Notes under the pieces: model-generated
What the model was told of the DNA's origin: nothing
The model's database searches: none
What the model saw: the letters and a program-made list of their open reading frames with translations, nothing else
Shown: positions 20,579 to 31,695 of the stretch, in pieces
Layout: each line of letters starts with the position of its first letter
How positions within the stretch are numbered: position 1 is the first letter of the stretch
Program-made: the position numbers and the translations under genes
From: an uncultured delta proteobacterium
GTDB lineage: Bacteria; Desulfobacterota; Binatia; DP-6
Assembly: GCA_963851365.1 (NCBI GenBank)
Contig: CAWKPA010000010.1
Location: 357,966 to 421,965 of the forward strand
Length of the DNA: 64,000 bases
Direction: 5' to 3'

Positions 20579-21588
20579 CCCGCCCTCGCCTCATCCGGAT
20601 CGGCGGCGCGATCGCCGCGCTGCTGGTCGTCCTGGCCGGCGTCGCCGCGTGGCTCCTCGGCCGCCCGGGGCCGCCCCTCGCGGCGCCGGTCACCTTCACC
20701 GTGGCGCCGGGCGAGCGGCCCACCGACGTCGCGCGACGGCTCGTCGACCAGGGCGTGCTGCGGTCGGCCAGCCCGTTCCTGCTGTGGGCGCGCCTCACCG
20801 GCCGCGACCGCGACATCCGCTCGGGAGACTTCCGCATCACCGCGCCGCTCTCTCCGCTGGAGACGCTGGCGCGACTCACCTCGGCACCCGACGCGCTCAA
20901 CGTCGTCACCATCCCCGAAGGGCTCACCGTACGGGAGGTGGTACAGCGACTCGCGGCGGCCGGATTGGGGACGGAGGAGCGCTTCCACGCTCTCCTGGCC
21001 GACCGCCAGTTCCTCGCGGCCGAGGGGCTGCCACCCGAGGGGCCGGAAGGCTACCTCTTCCCGGACACGTACGCCTTCGAGACGACGACCCCGCCCGAAC
21101 GGGTGCTCCGGACGATGATCCAGCGCTTCCGTGGCGTGCTGACGCCGGCGCTGATCGAGCAGGCGGCGCGCGTCGGGCTCGACGGCCAGCAGGTGGTGAC
21201 CCTGGCTTCGTTGGTGGAAGAGGAGACGGCGCGCCCCGACGAACGTCCGCTCGTCGCCGCGGTGTTCGTGAATCGACTCAAGAAGGGAATGCCGCTCCAG
21301 GCCGATCCCACGGTGCTCTACGGGCGTGGGACGGACGACCGGCGCATCACGCGCGCCGATCTCGCCCGGCCCACTTCGCACAACACCTACGCCCGCCCGG
21401 GCCTGCCGCCGACGCCGATCTCCAATCCAGGTCGGGCTGCGCTCGAAGCGGCCGCGGCGCCCGCCGACGTGCCATACCTGTACTTCGTCGCACGAGGCGA
21501 CGGATCGCACGAGTTCAACGTCGATCTGCGAGCGCACAACCAAGCGGTGGCACGGCTGCGGCGGATCGAGCGCGCGCAGCGCGACTGA
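20575..21588 (+). CDS. mltG: Endolytic murein transglycosylase MltG (YceG family)
   Basis: The GTG start overlaps the ruvX stop (GTGA). TM anchor, YceG body (EGYLFPDTY, LQADPTVLYG). Confidence 0.85.
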   Translation: MTRPRLIRIGGAIAALLVVLAGVAAWLLGRPGPPLAAPVTFTVAPGERPTDVARRLVDQGVLRSASPFLLWARLTGRDRDIRSGDFRITAPLSPLETLARLTSAPDALNVVTIPEGLTVREVVQRLAAAGLGTEERFHALLADRQFLAAEGLPPEGPEGYLFPDTYAFETTTPPERVLRTMIQRFRGVLTPALIEQAARVGLDGQQVVTLASLVEEETARPDERPLVAAVFVNRLKKGMPLQADPTVLYGRGTDDRRITRADLARPTSHNTYARPGLPPTPISNPGRAALEAAAAPADVPYLYFVARGDGSHEFNVDLRAHNQAVARLRRIERAQRD

Positions 21589-21595
21589 ACCGTCG

Positions 21596-22408
21596 CTACT
21601 CGCTCGCCGGCGGGGGCGGGGCCGGCCGGACACGATCGAGCAGCACGGTCGCCTTCTTCTGCAGCGCGGGCTCGCGCGAGTGGGCCTGCAGGTAGTCGAG
21701 CACCCCGATGAAGCGCGGGCCACCCTCGGCCGCGACGATGGCCTCCAGGCTCGCGTCGTCGAGCCCGTGCAGCGTCCGCAGGAAGGCCCGGCGCAGACGG
21801 CTCTGCCGCTCGAGCGCGCTCAGCACGGCCTGCGTCGCCTCCGCGCGGCGCAACCCGTCGCCATCGTCGGTGGCGAGGTCGAGCAGCTGGGGCAACGTGG
21901 CGCGGTCGGTGCCCAGCGCCGTGGCCAGCGGCTCCTGCAGCGGCACCGGGCGCGCCCGCTGCAGCGCGCGCGCCAGGGTGAGAGGGAAGCCCCCGCTTGC
22001 CGGGAGCGGGGCGCTCGGCACCACCGCAACGCCCGCGGCCGTCGGCCGGTCGCCCGGCGCCGGCGCGGCCTCGGGACCGCCGAGAAGGACGATCGCGCTC
22101 GGACGACCGTCGCCGCGGTAGCGCACCGCGAAGTTCTGGGCGCCCAGCAGGCGGTGGAGCACGTCGTCGAGCGGCAGCGCCTCGAGCTCGATCGAGACGG
22201 CTCGCGTCTCGATCGGTGCCCCCTGCACCGTCGCGCCCGTGGCGGTCGCGACCGCGGCGAGCACTTCCTGCACGGGCACATCGGCGGCCCGGACCGCGAG
22301 GCGTTCGTCGCGATACTCGACGCGGAGCGTGTCATCCGCGCCGCCGGCGACGGCCGCGGCCAGGAGGGTCACGACCACGAGGACCAGTGCGCGTTGCGGC
22401 GACGACAT
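21596..22408 (-). CDS. Secreted hypothetical protein with STN/FecR-C-like domain (paralog A)
   Basis: Signal peptide MSSPQRALVLVVVTLLAAAVAGG. Core LPLDDVLHRLLGAQNFAVRYRGDGRPSAIVLLGG. Paralogous to the next gene. Confidence 0.6.
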   Translation of the reverse strand: MSSPQRALVLVVVTLLAAAVAGGADDTLRVEYRDERLAVRAADVPVQEVLAAVATATGATVQGAPIETRAVSIELEALPLDDVLHRLLGAQNFAVRYRGDGRPSAIVLLGGPEAAPAPGDRPTAAGVAVVPSAPLPASGGFPLTLARALQRARPVPLQEPLATALGTDRATLPQLLDLATDDGDGLRRAEATQAVLSALERQSRLRRAFLRTLHGLDDASLEAIVAAEGGPRFIGVLDYLQAHSREPALQKKATVLLDRVRPAPPPPASE

Positions 22409-22448
22409 CCCCGCGACTGCTAGCGCGGCGGGGCCGTGCGCGCCAGGG

Positions 22449-23375
22449 TCACTCTTCGCCGACCATGGGCTGGCCGTCGTGGGCGGCCATCTGCCGCGAC
22501 AGCTGGATGACCCGCGTGCGGATCTCCGGAACGCGACTGATGGCCGCCACCTGTCTGGCGATCTCGGTGGCTCGTTCCTGCGCGATGGAGCGCAGCAGGC
22601 TCTCGAGCGCCTGGTCGTCGGTCTGCTGGAGCGACGCGATCACGCGGCCGCGCAGGTCGGCCTGGCCGTCGATTCCGTTCAACCCGGCGCTGAGCGCCTC
22701 GTACCGGACCATCGGGTCCTCCTGGCGCAGCGCGAGGTCCATCAGCTGCTGGAGCGTGGCGGTGTCGTCGCCGACCAGGTCCCGGATCCTGCCCGTGACC
22801 GGCACGGTGCGCTGCATGAGGTCCGGGTTGGCGACCGCGGGCGGGGGCACGGTCTCCGGGGTGGTCTTCGCCACCCGCGTGGCCCCGGCCGCTTCGACCG
22901 CCCCCCCGAGCAGGGTGAGGCTGCGCAGCCTGCCGTCGTCGCGGAAGGTGAGGAGGAAATTCTGCGCCCCGAGCAGCCGGGTCAGTCCGTCCTGCAGCGG
23001 CACGTCCGCAAAGTCCGCAGTCACGGTGCGCGGCGCCTGCAGGGCGCCCCGGATCTCCGCCTGGCTCGGCTCCACGATGCGCTCGAGGATTTCGTCGAGC
23101 GACGTGGCGGTGACCCTGACGGTGAGGCGATCGTTGCGGAGCGCAACGACTTTCTCGTCGGCGGGGGGGGCGCCGGCGGATGGCGGGGGGACCGGCGCGG
23201 CGGGCGCCAGCTGCGCGGGCCGGCTGGCCGTTGCCGCGCTGGCGGGCGCCTTGGGGACGGGGCGCGGCGCTGCCGGAGGCGCGGGGCGCGCGCGCCCGGG
23301 CGGCGTCGGCTCGCCGGCGAACGCCGCCGTCGTGCCCGCCGCGATCACCACAGCCAGCAGGAGTCGCCCCCACAT
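22449..23375 (-). CDS. Secreted hypothetical protein with STN/FecR-C-like domain (paralog B)
   Basis: Signal peptide from the ATG at 23375 (MWGRLLLAVVIAAGTTAAFA). VPLQDGLTRLLGAQNFLLTFRDDGRLRSLTLLGG. Pro-rich linker. Confidence 0.6.
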   Translation of the reverse strand: MWGRLLLAVVIAAGTTAAFAGEPTPPGRARPAPPAAPRPVPKAPASAATASRPAQLAPAAPVPPPSAGAPPADEKVVALRNDRLTVRVTATSLDEILERIVEPSQAEIRGALQAPRTVTADFADVPLQDGLTRLLGAQNFLLTFRDDGRLRSLTLLGGAVEAAGATRVAKTTPETVPPPAVANPDLMQRTVPVTGRIRDLVGDDTATLQQLMDLALRQEDPMVRYEALSAGLNGIDGQADLRGRVIASLQQTDDQALESLLRSIAQERATEIARQVAAISRVPEIRTRVIQLSRQMAAHDGQPMVGEE

Positions 23376-23460
23376 CGTGGCGCGAGTCTGCGGTGCCGCG
23401 ACCTCGAGAGCAAGATCTGGCCCCGGAGGGCGTTTCTTGAGCTTCGGCTTTTGTTCGCCT

Positions 23461-24069
23461 ATGGTGACGGCGGTGATCACGCGCCGGCAGAAGCAGGTGG
23501 TCGACTACATCCAGAGCTACGTCGGCCGCCGTGGCTATGCGCCGTCCATCGCGGAGATCGGGCGGCACCTCGGCGTCACCTCGACGGCCACGGTGCACAA
23601 GCACCTCCAGGGACTGGAGCGCCGCGGCGTGATCCGTCGCCTGGCGCATCATGGCCGGTCGGTCGAGGTCGTCGAACGCGCGGGCGGCGGCGGCACGGCG
23701 GTGCCGCTGCTCGGGCGCGTCGCCGCGGGCCGGCCCATCGAGGTCCTCGAGACGCGCGAGACGGTGTCGCTGCCCGACGAATTGCTCGGCCGCGGCGAAA
23801 CCTTCGCGCTGCGGGTGGTGGGCGACTCCATGGTCGGCGACGGTATTCTCGACGGCGACATCGTCGTGGTCGAAGCGTGCGACGACGCACGCAACGGCGC
23901 CACGGTCGTCGCGCTCGTCGACGGCGAGGCCACGGTGAAGCGCTTCTACCGCCGCCGGGGCAAGGTGCACCTGGTGCCCGCCAACGAGCGCCATCAGCCC
24001 ATCGTCGCGAATCCGGCCGATGTGCGGGTGCGCGGCGTCGTCGTCGGCCTCCTGCGCCGCTACCGCTGA
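23461..24069 (+). CDS. lexA: LexA repressor
   Basis: N-terminal wHTH (RRQKQVVDYIQ ... GYAPSIAEIG), a cleavage-site region, and an S24 peptidase domain with GDSMVGDGILDGD ... VKRF. Confidence 0.9.
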   Translation: MVTAVITRRQKQVVDYIQSYVGRRGYAPSIAEIGRHLGVTSTATVHKHLQGLERRGVIRRLAHHGRSVEVVERAGGGGTAVPLLGRVAAGRPIEVLETRETVSLPDELLGRGETFALRVVGDSMVGDGILDGDIVVVEACDDARNGATVVALVDGEATVKRFYRRRGKVHLVPANERHQPIVANPADVRVRGVVVGLLRRYR

Positions 24070-24073
24070 CCAC

Positions 24074-25216
24074 ATGCGCCCCTACGCGCTCTACATGCAC
24101 GTGCCGTGGTGCCGGCACGTGTGCCCGTACTGCGACTTCAACGTCTACCGGACCACCGTGGTGCCGGAAGCCGACGACCTGCGCACCTACCGCGCCGAGT
24201 TGGCGGCGTGGGCAGCGAGACCGGCGTTCGCCGGCAGGCCCATCAGCACACTGTCGATGGGCGGCGGCACCCCGTCACTGTTGTCGCCCGACGCCATCGC
24301 CGCGATGATCGAGGCGGCACGCCGCCACGGGCTTCGACCCGATGCCGAGATCGCGCTCGAGGCCAATCCGGGTACGCTCGACCCACCGCAGGCGCGCGCC
24401 CTGCACGCCGCCGGCGTCACGCGGCTCTCGCTCGGCGCGCAGTCGTTCGACACGCACACGCTCCGCACGCTGGGCCGCGACCACACCCCGGACGACACCC
24501 ATCGGGCGGTCGCCGCCGCCCGCGCCGCCGGCATCCCGAACATCAGCCTCGACATGATCTTCGCGGTACCCGGGCAATCCCTGGCCTGCTGGGCCGACGA
24601 CCTGACGCGAGCGGTCGCGCTCGGGCCCGACCAGGTGTCGGCCTATGCGCTCACCTGGGAGGCGCGCACGCCGTTCGACGTCTGGCGGCGGACCGGGCGG
24701 CTGGCGCCCGTCGCCGACGACCTCGAGGCCGCCATGGGCGATCTCGCCGACACGCGGCTCACCGATGCCGGCTATGCGCGCTACGAGATCTCCAGCTGGG
24801 CGCGGCCCGGCTTCGCGTCGCGCCACAACCAGGCCTACTGGACCGGCGTCGACTACCTCGGCCTCGGTCCGGGCGCACATTCCTTCCATGCCGGCCCGCC
24901 CGCGCGCCGCTGGTGGAACCTGCGGCATCCCGCACGGTGGCGCGCCGCAGTCGACGCGGGCGGCGATGCGGTGGACGGCGAAGAGCGCCTCACGCCGGAC
25001 CAAGCGCGCACCGACTTCCTGGTCACCGGACTGCGGCGCATCGCCGGGGCGGACGCACGCGAATTTGCCCGGCGCTTCGGGCCGTCGCCGCGGGCAGCCT
25101 TCCCGCAGCTCGACGCGCTCGCCGCCGACGGGCTGGTGCTCGTCGACGACGACCGCGTCCGGCTGACGCCCCGCGGCCTGCGCTTCGCCGACACCGTAGG
25201 CGCGATGCTGGTGTAG
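24074..25216 (+). CDS. hemW: Radical SAM heme chaperone HemW (HemN-like, oxygen-independent coproporphyrinogen oxidase family)
   Basis: YMHVPWCRHVCPYCDFNV CxxxCxxC radical-SAM motif plus a HemN C-terminal domain. Confidence 0.85.
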   Translation: MRPYALYMHVPWCRHVCPYCDFNVYRTTVVPEADDLRTYRAELAAWAARPAFAGRPISTLSMGGGTPSLLSPDAIAAMIEAARRHGLRPDAEIALEANPGTLDPPQARALHAAGVTRLSLGAQSFDTHTLRTLGRDHTPDDTHRAVAAARAAGIPNISLDMIFAVPGQSLACWADDLTRAVALGPDQVSAYALTWEARTPFDVWRRTGRLAPVADDLEAAMGDLADTRLTDAGYARYEISSWARPGFASRHNQAYWTGVDYLGLGPGAHSFHAGPPARRWWNLRHPARWRAAVDAGGDAVDGEERLTPDQARTDFLVTGLRRIAGADAREFARRFGPSPRAAFPQLDALAADGLVLVDDDRVRLTPRGLRFADTVGAMLV

Positions 25217-25243
25217 GCGGGGCCGTCCGCGCGGCGGAATCGC

Positions 25244-26719
<1,476 letters not shown>

Positions 26720-26801
26720 CGAGATCCTCCTCCTGTAGATCCGTTCATCCGGATGGCGCAATATCAATGGCCATCGGGGGCGAGTCAATCCCGAACACGT
26801 G

Positions 26802-26839
26802 TTGACACTGTCTACTGCCCCGGGGTAGACGGCGTCTAC
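26802..26839 (+). promoter_or_regulatory. Candidate tetR promoter (-35 TTGACA) with overlapping inverted-repeat operator GTCTAC-N9-GTAGAC-ggc-GTCTAC
   Basis: TTGACA at 26802-26807. GTCTAC at 26810-15, GTAGAC at 26825-30, GTCTAC at 26834-39, abutting the tetR ATG at 26840. Confidence 0.5.
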
Positions 26840-27448
26840 ATGGAGGCCGCGGCCCTACCGACACGCCAGCACCTGATCGCCACGGCGAGACTGCTCCTCG
26901 ATGCCGAAGGGCTCGAGCCGCTCACGCTGCGGGAGATCGCCCGCCGCGGCGGACTGTCGCACGGCGCCCCGCTGCGGCACTTCCCGTCGCTGTCGGCGCT
27001 CATGGCCGCGGTGGCCGCGGTGGGCTTCCACGACCTGACCGCGGCGGTGGACGGCGCGGTTGCCGACGCGGGCCCCGGGGCGACCGCGATCGATCGGCTC
27101 GCCGCCGCCAGCCGCGGCTACGTGCGGTTCGCCACCGCGAGCCCGGGCGTGTTCGCGCTCATGTTCCATCCCGACCGGATCGACCGCGACGCCCAGGAGT
27201 ACCGGGAGGCCGGCGCCACGGCCTTCGGCCGGCTGGTCGGGCTCGTGGAGGCGGCCCAGCGAGACGGCTTCCGCGCCGACGCTCCCGCCATCCGCTTGGC
27301 CGCGGCCATCTGGGCCGCGGTCCACGGCCTGTCCCAGCTTTCCCTGCATGGCGCGCTCCAGGGCGCCGCCGGCGAGGAGCTCGAGCCCACACTGACCCTC
27401 CTGAACGAGCTGCTCTTCGACACGAACCCCACGAGGAGATCACGATGA
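26840..27448 (+). CDS. TetR/AcrR family transcriptional regulator
   Basis: N-terminal [24 protein letters not shown]. About 200 aa. Confidence 0.8.
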   Translation: MEAAALPTRQHLIATARLLLDAEGLEPLTLREIARRGGLSHGAPLRHFPSLSALMAAVAAVGFHDLTAAVDGAVADAGPGATAIDRLAAASRGYVRFATASPGVFALMFHPDRIDRDAQEYREAGATAFGRLVGLVEAAQRDGFRADAPAIRLAAAIWAAVHGLSQLSLHGALQGAAGEELEPTLTLLNELLFDTNPTRRSR

Positions 27449-28785
27449 CCGACACGTCCAATCGCTATCTCGCCGACAACTTCGCCCCCGTCCGCGACGA
27501 GGTGACGGCCCACGACCTCCAGGTGACCGGTACGATCCCCGCGGAGTTGCGCGGCCGCTTGCTCCGCATCGGCCCCAACCCGCTGCCCGACGAGACCGGC
27601 GACGGTTATCACTGGTTCACCGGCCCCGGGATGGTGCACGGCGTCCGCCTGCGTGACGGACGCGCGGAGTGGTATCGGCGCCGCTGGGTCCGCTCCGACC
27701 AGGTGACGCAGTGGCACGGGTGGCCCGAGACCCCCGGCCCGCGCCATGGCGTCGGCGACAACACCGCCAACACCAACGTCATCGGCCACGCGGGTCGGAC
27801 GTACGCCATCGTCGAGGCGGGCGGGCTACCGATCGAGCTGACGACCGACCTCGACACGATCCGGCGCGCGGACTTCGACGGGACGCTCGGCGGGTCGTTC
27901 ACCGCCCATCCGAAGCGCGACCCGGTCACCGGCGAGTTGCATGCGATGACGTACTACTGGGAGTGGGACCACGTGCGGTACGTCGTCGTCGGCGTCGACG
28001 GCCGCGTGCGCCGGACGGTCGCCGTGCCGGTGGCCGACGGCCCGATGATCCACGATTGCGCCATCACGGAGCGCTACATGCTCGTGTTCGACCTGCCGGT
28101 CACCTTCAGCCCCGAACTGGCGCTTGGCGGGGCTCGTCTGCCCTACAAGTGGAACCCCGAACACCCCGCCCGCGTCGGGCTACTGCCCCGCGAGGGAGCG
28201 GCCGAGGACATCCGCTGGGTCGCCGTGGAACCCTGCTACGTCTTCCATCCGCTCAACGCCTACGACTGCCCGGACGGGCGCGTCGTGGTGGACGTCGTGC
28301 GCCACCCCCGCATGTTCGACCACGACCTCGCGGGACCGAACGAGGGCGCTCCGGTCCTCACCCGGTGGACGCTCGACCCCGGCACGGGCCGCGCGCATGA
28401 GGAACGCCTCGACGACCGCGGCATCGAATTCCCGCGGCACGACGAGCGGCGCCTCGGCCGTCGCCACCGCTTCGGCTACGCCGCCACGTTCGACGACCTG
28501 CGCCACGGCCCTGCCTTCAAATACGACCTCGAGCGCCACACCGCCGAGGTGCACGACTACGGGCGCGACCGCGTCACGCTCGAGCCCGTGTTCGTGCCCC
28601 GCACGCCGGAGAGCGCCGAGGACGACGGTTGGGTCGTGTCGTACGTCTACGACGGGACGACGGATCGCAGCGACGTGGTCATTCTCCACGCCCAGGACTT
28701 CGCGGGCGATCCGGTGGCGACGATCCACCTCCCCGACCGCGTGCCGTTCGGGTTCCACGGCAACTGGGTACCGGACGACGAGTAG
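27445..28785 (+). CDS. Carotenoid cleavage dioxygenase family (RPE65/CCD) enzyme
   Basis: Start overlaps the tetR stop (ATGA). FAPVRDEVTAHDLQVTGTIPAEL, HWFTGPGMVHGVR, and conserved His (HPLNAYD, FHGNWVPD) typical of CCDs. Confidence 0.8.
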   Translation: MTDTSNRYLADNFAPVRDEVTAHDLQVTGTIPAELRGRLLRIGPNPLPDETGDGYHWFTGPGMVHGVRLRDGRAEWYRRRWVRSDQVTQWHGWPETPGPRHGVGDNTANTNVIGHAGRTYAIVEAGGLPIELTTDLDTIRRADFDGTLGGSFTAHPKRDPVTGELHAMTYYWEWDHVRYVVVGVDGRVRRTVAVPVADGPMIHDCAITERYMLVFDLPVTFSPELALGGARLPYKWNPEHPARVGLLPREGAAEDIRWVAVEPCYVFHPLNAYDCPDGRVVVDVVRHPRMFDHDLAGPNEGAPVLTRWTLDPGTGRAHEERLDDRGIEFPRHDERRLGRRHRFGYAATFDDLRHGPAFKYDLERHTAEVHDYGRDRVTLEPVFVPRTPESAEDDGWVVSYVYDGTTDRSDVVILHAQDFAGDPVATIHLPDRVPFGFHGNWVPDDE

Positions 28786-28802
28786 CGGCGCCGCGCGCGG
28801 AC

Positions 28803-29987
28803 CTAGGACCGCTTGCCGAGACCCGCGGCGCTGCGGAGGTCGTCCACCCGGTCGGTGCGCTCCCAGGTGAAGTATGGCCCCTCGGGAACGCGGCCGAAGT
28901 GGCCGTAGGCCGCCGTGCGCCGATAGATGGGACGCTTCAGGCCGAGCGTGTTGATGAGCGCCGCCGGCTTGAAGTCGAAGGCGTCGCGCACGAGCGTCGC
29001 GATCGTGTCGTCGGGCACCGCGCCCGTGCCGAAGGTGTCGACCAGCACGGACACCGGATCCGCGACGCCGATGGCGTACGCCACCTGCACCTCGCACCGC
29101 CGAGCCAACTCGGCCGCGACGATATTCTTGGCGACGTACCGCGCGAAATAGGCCGCGCTGCGATCGACCTTGCTGGGATCCTTGCCGCTGAAGGCGCCGC
29201 CGCCGTGACGGCCATAGCCGCCGTAGGTATCGACGATGATCTTGCGCCCGGTGAGGCCGCAGTCGCCCTGCGGCCCGCCGACGACGAACTTGCCGGTGGG
29301 ATTGATGTAGTAGACGGTCTCCTTGTCGAGGAACTCCGGCGGCACGACCTTCTTCACCACCTCCTCGATGATCGCCTCCTTCAGCGTCCCGTGCGAGACG
29401 TCGGCGCGGTGCTGCGACGACACCACGACCGCCTTCGCGTGCATGGGCCGGCCGTCGCGGTACTCGACCGACACCTGGCACTTGCCGTCGGGCAGCAGGA
29501 AGGGCAGCTGCCCGGACTTCCGCGCCTCCGCCAGCTGCTGGCCGATGCGGTGCGCGGCGTAGATGGCGAAGGGCATGTATTCCCGCGTCTCGTCACAGGC
29601 ATAGCCGAACATCATGCCCTGATCGCCGGCACCCTGCTCCTTGAAGAGGCCCTCGCCCGCGGTGACTCCCTGCGAGATGTCGGCGGACTGCTTCTCGACC
29701 GCCGTCACCACCGCACAGCTGTCGACGTTGAAGCCCGTTTCCGGCGAGGTGTAGCCGATGTCGCGGATCACGTCCTTCGCGATCTCGCCGAATTCCACCT
29801 TGGCGCGGCTCGTGATCTCGCCGGCCACCACCACCAGGCCGGTCTTGATGAGCGCCTCGCAGGCGATGCGGCTGTCGGCGTCCTGGGTCAACAACGCGTC
29901 GACGATGGCATCCGAGATCTGGTCGCAGACCTTGTCGGGATGGCCCTCGTTCACCGACTCGGACGTGAAGACGTAGTCCTTGAGCAT
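28803..29987 (-). CDS. metK: S-adenosylmethionine synthetase
   Basis: [24 protein letters not shown] ... [19 protein letters not shown]. Confidence 0.95.
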   Translation of the reverse strand: MLKDYVFTSESVNEGHPDKVCDQISDAIVDALLTQDADSRIACEALIKTGLVVVAGEITSRAKVEFGEIAKDVIRDIGYTSPETGFNVDSCAVVTAVEKQSADISQGVTAGEGLFKEQGAGDQGMMFGYACDETREYMPFAIYAAHRIGQQLAEARKSGQLPFLLPDGKCQVSVEYRDGRPMHAKAVVVSSQHRADVSHGTLKEAIIEEVVKKVVPPEFLDKETVYYINPTGKFVVGGPQGDCGLTGRKIIVDTYGGYGRHGGGAFSGKDPSKVDRSAAYFARYVAKNIVAAELARRCEVQVAYAIGVADPVSVLVDTFGTGAVPDDTIATLVRDAFDFKPAALINTLGLKRPIYRRTAAYGHFGRVPEGPYFTWERTDRVDDLRSAAGLGKRS

Positions 29988-30032
29988 GGCGGCGGACCTT
30001 AGCCGAACGCCGTTGGGCGGGGCAAGCCGCAC

Positions 30033-30057
30033 GGCCCGGACGCCGGCGGTCCGGGCC
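30033..30057. terminator. GC-rich 9-bp stem-loop just downstream of ptsH (GGCCCGGAC-gccggcg-GTCCGGGCC)
   Basis: Perfect inverted repeat 6 nt past the ptsH stop. No U-tract. Confidence 0.3.
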
Positions 30058-30062
30058 CCGGG

Positions 30063-30362
30063 TCATTCGGGCTCGTTGAAGCGCGCCTCCACCAGGTCGC
30101 GGATGGCGTCGAGCGCGTCGGCGGCCTGCGGCCCGCTGGTGGTGACGTCGATGGTGCTCCCCTGCTCCGCGGCCAGCATCATGATGCCCATGATGCTGCG
30201 CCCGTTGACGCTATGGCCGTCCTTCGAGACCGTCACGCACGCGTCGAACTGCTTGGCCGTCTGGACCAGGAGGCCCGCCGCCCGGGCATGCAGGCCCAGG
30301 CGATTCCTGATCTCCAGGGAGGCGTGCCGCTCGCCCGCGGGCGGGAATGCCTCGTCCGACAT
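30063..30362 (-). CDS. ptsH: Phosphocarrier protein HPr
   Basis: LEIRNRLGLHARAAGLLV has the HPr His-15 region. 99 aa; a Ser-46-like region (GRSIMGIM). Confidence 0.85.
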   Translation of the reverse strand: MSDEAFPPAGERHASLEIRNRLGLHARAAGLLVQTAKQFDACVTVSKDGHSVNGRSIMGIMMLAAEQGSTIDVTTSGPQAADALDAIRDLVEARFNEPE

Positions 30363-30367
30363 CGCGC

Positions 30368-30757
30368 TCAGGGGGCCGTGACGCAGAAGATGTGGTCCTG
30401 GCCATAGCGTCGGATGAACTGCGCCAGGGCACCGAGCGGCATCTCCTGCCGCACGCTGCTCAGCTTGATCAGCATCGGCATGTTGACGCCGGCCACCACC
30501 TGAGCGCCGGTTTCGCGCGCCACCGCCAGGCTCAGGTTGGTCTGCGTGTCGCCCAGCATGTCGGTCACGATGAGGACGCCCGCCCCGCGATCGACCCGGC
30601 GCACCGCCCCGGCGATCCGTTCGCGGATCTCCCGGGGGCCCTCATCGGGCCCGCTCGCGACCGCCTCGACCGCTTCTTGCCGACCGACCACGCTCTCCAG
30701 GGTCTCCACCATGGCCTCGCTGAGGCGACCGTGACCGACCACGACGAGCCCGACCAT
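30368..30757 (-). CDS. PTS EIIA component, mannose/fructose family
   Basis: MVGLVVVGHGRLSEAMVE is the EIIA-Man N-terminal His region. 129 aa. Confidence 0.75.
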   Translation of the reverse strand: MVGLVVVGHGRLSEAMVETLESVVGRQEAVEAVASGPDEGPREIRERIAGAVRRVDRGAGVLIVTDMLGDTQTNLSLAVARETGAQVVAGVNMPMLIKLSSVRQEMPLGALAQFIRRYGQDHIFCVTAP

Positions 30758-30818
30758 TACCGTTCGATCCTAACCTCCGGCCCCGACCCGAGGCAAACCG
30801 GACGAGACCGCACCGCAC

Positions 30819-31682
30819 TCAACGCTCGACGTCGCGGTGGCGGACCAGCACGCGATGCCCGCGGCCGGTGAGACGGTCCCGCAGCACTTCGACGAGGGCC
30901 ACGGACCGGTGTCGCCCGCCGGTGCAGCCGACCGAGATGGTGAGATAGCTCTTGCCCTCCCGCTGGAAGCGAGGCAGCGCGAAGTCGAGCATGCCCAGGA
31001 TGTGGCCGAGGAGCTCCTGCGCGTCCGGCCGCTCGAGCACGTAGGCGGCCACCTCCGGGTCGGTCCCGGTCTTGAGTCGCAGCTCCTCGACGAAAAACGG
31101 GTTCGGCAGGAAGCGGCAGTCGAGCACGATGTCGGCGTCGGTCGGCAGGCCGTACTTGTAGCCGAACGAAACGAGCGACACGGTCATCGTGCCCGCATCC
31201 GTGGTCTCGAGCAGCTCCCGCAGCGCGGCCCGCAGCTCGTGCACGGTGAGCGCGCTCGTGTCGACGATCCGATCCGCCAGTTCCCGGACCTCCCGCAACG
31301 CGGCCCGCTCGCGGCGAATGCCGTCGGCAACGCTGCCGCCGTCGGCTGCCGGGTGGGGCCGGCGCGTCTCGCTGAACCGCCGCACGATCACGCTGTCGCT
31401 CGCCTCGAGGTAGATCACCTCGAGCGCGACGCCCGCGCCGCGCAGTTCGTCGAAGACGCGCGGGAAGTCCTGCGGGAATCGCCGCTCGCGCACGTCGACG
31501 CCGAGCGCCACCCGCCCCACGTCCTCCCGCGAACTTTGCCACAGCTCGAGGAACCGCGGCATCAAGGCTACCGGCAAGTTGTCGATGCAGTAGAAGCCGA
31601 GGTCCTCGAGCACCTTGAGCGCGGTGCTCTTGCCCGACCCGGATAAGCCGGTCACCACGACGGCGCGCAGCCGCTGGGTCAT
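30819..31682 (-). CDS. rapZ: RNase adapter protein RapZ (YhbJ, P-loop nucleotide-binding)
   Basis: VVTGLSGSGKSTALKVLEDLGFYCIDNLP Walker A, and a YhbJ C-terminus. Confidence 0.85.
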   Translation of the reverse strand: MTQRLRAVVVTGLSGSGKSTALKVLEDLGFYCIDNLPVALMPRFLELWQSSREDVGRVALGVDVRERRFPQDFPRVFDELRGAGVALEVIYLEASDSVIVRRFSETRRPHPAADGGSVADGIRRERAALREVRELADRIVDTSALTVHELRAALRELLETTDAGTMTVSLVSFGYKYGLPTDADIVLDCRFLPNPFFVEELRLKTGTDPEVAAYVLERPDAQELLGHILGMLDFALPRFQREGKSYLTISVGCTGGRHRSVALVEVLRDRLTGRGHRVLVRHRDVER

Positions 31683-31695
31683 GGGGCGCGGGACC

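Noticed and set aside
23376-23460. Search for a LexA/SOS box upstream of lexA and in 12093-12184 upstream of recA
   Set aside because: No CTGT-N8-ACAG, GTTC-N7-GTTC or CGAAC-N4-GTTCG-type palindrome was found; only isolated GTTC half-sites. Lineage-specific motif unknown, so nothing is claimed.
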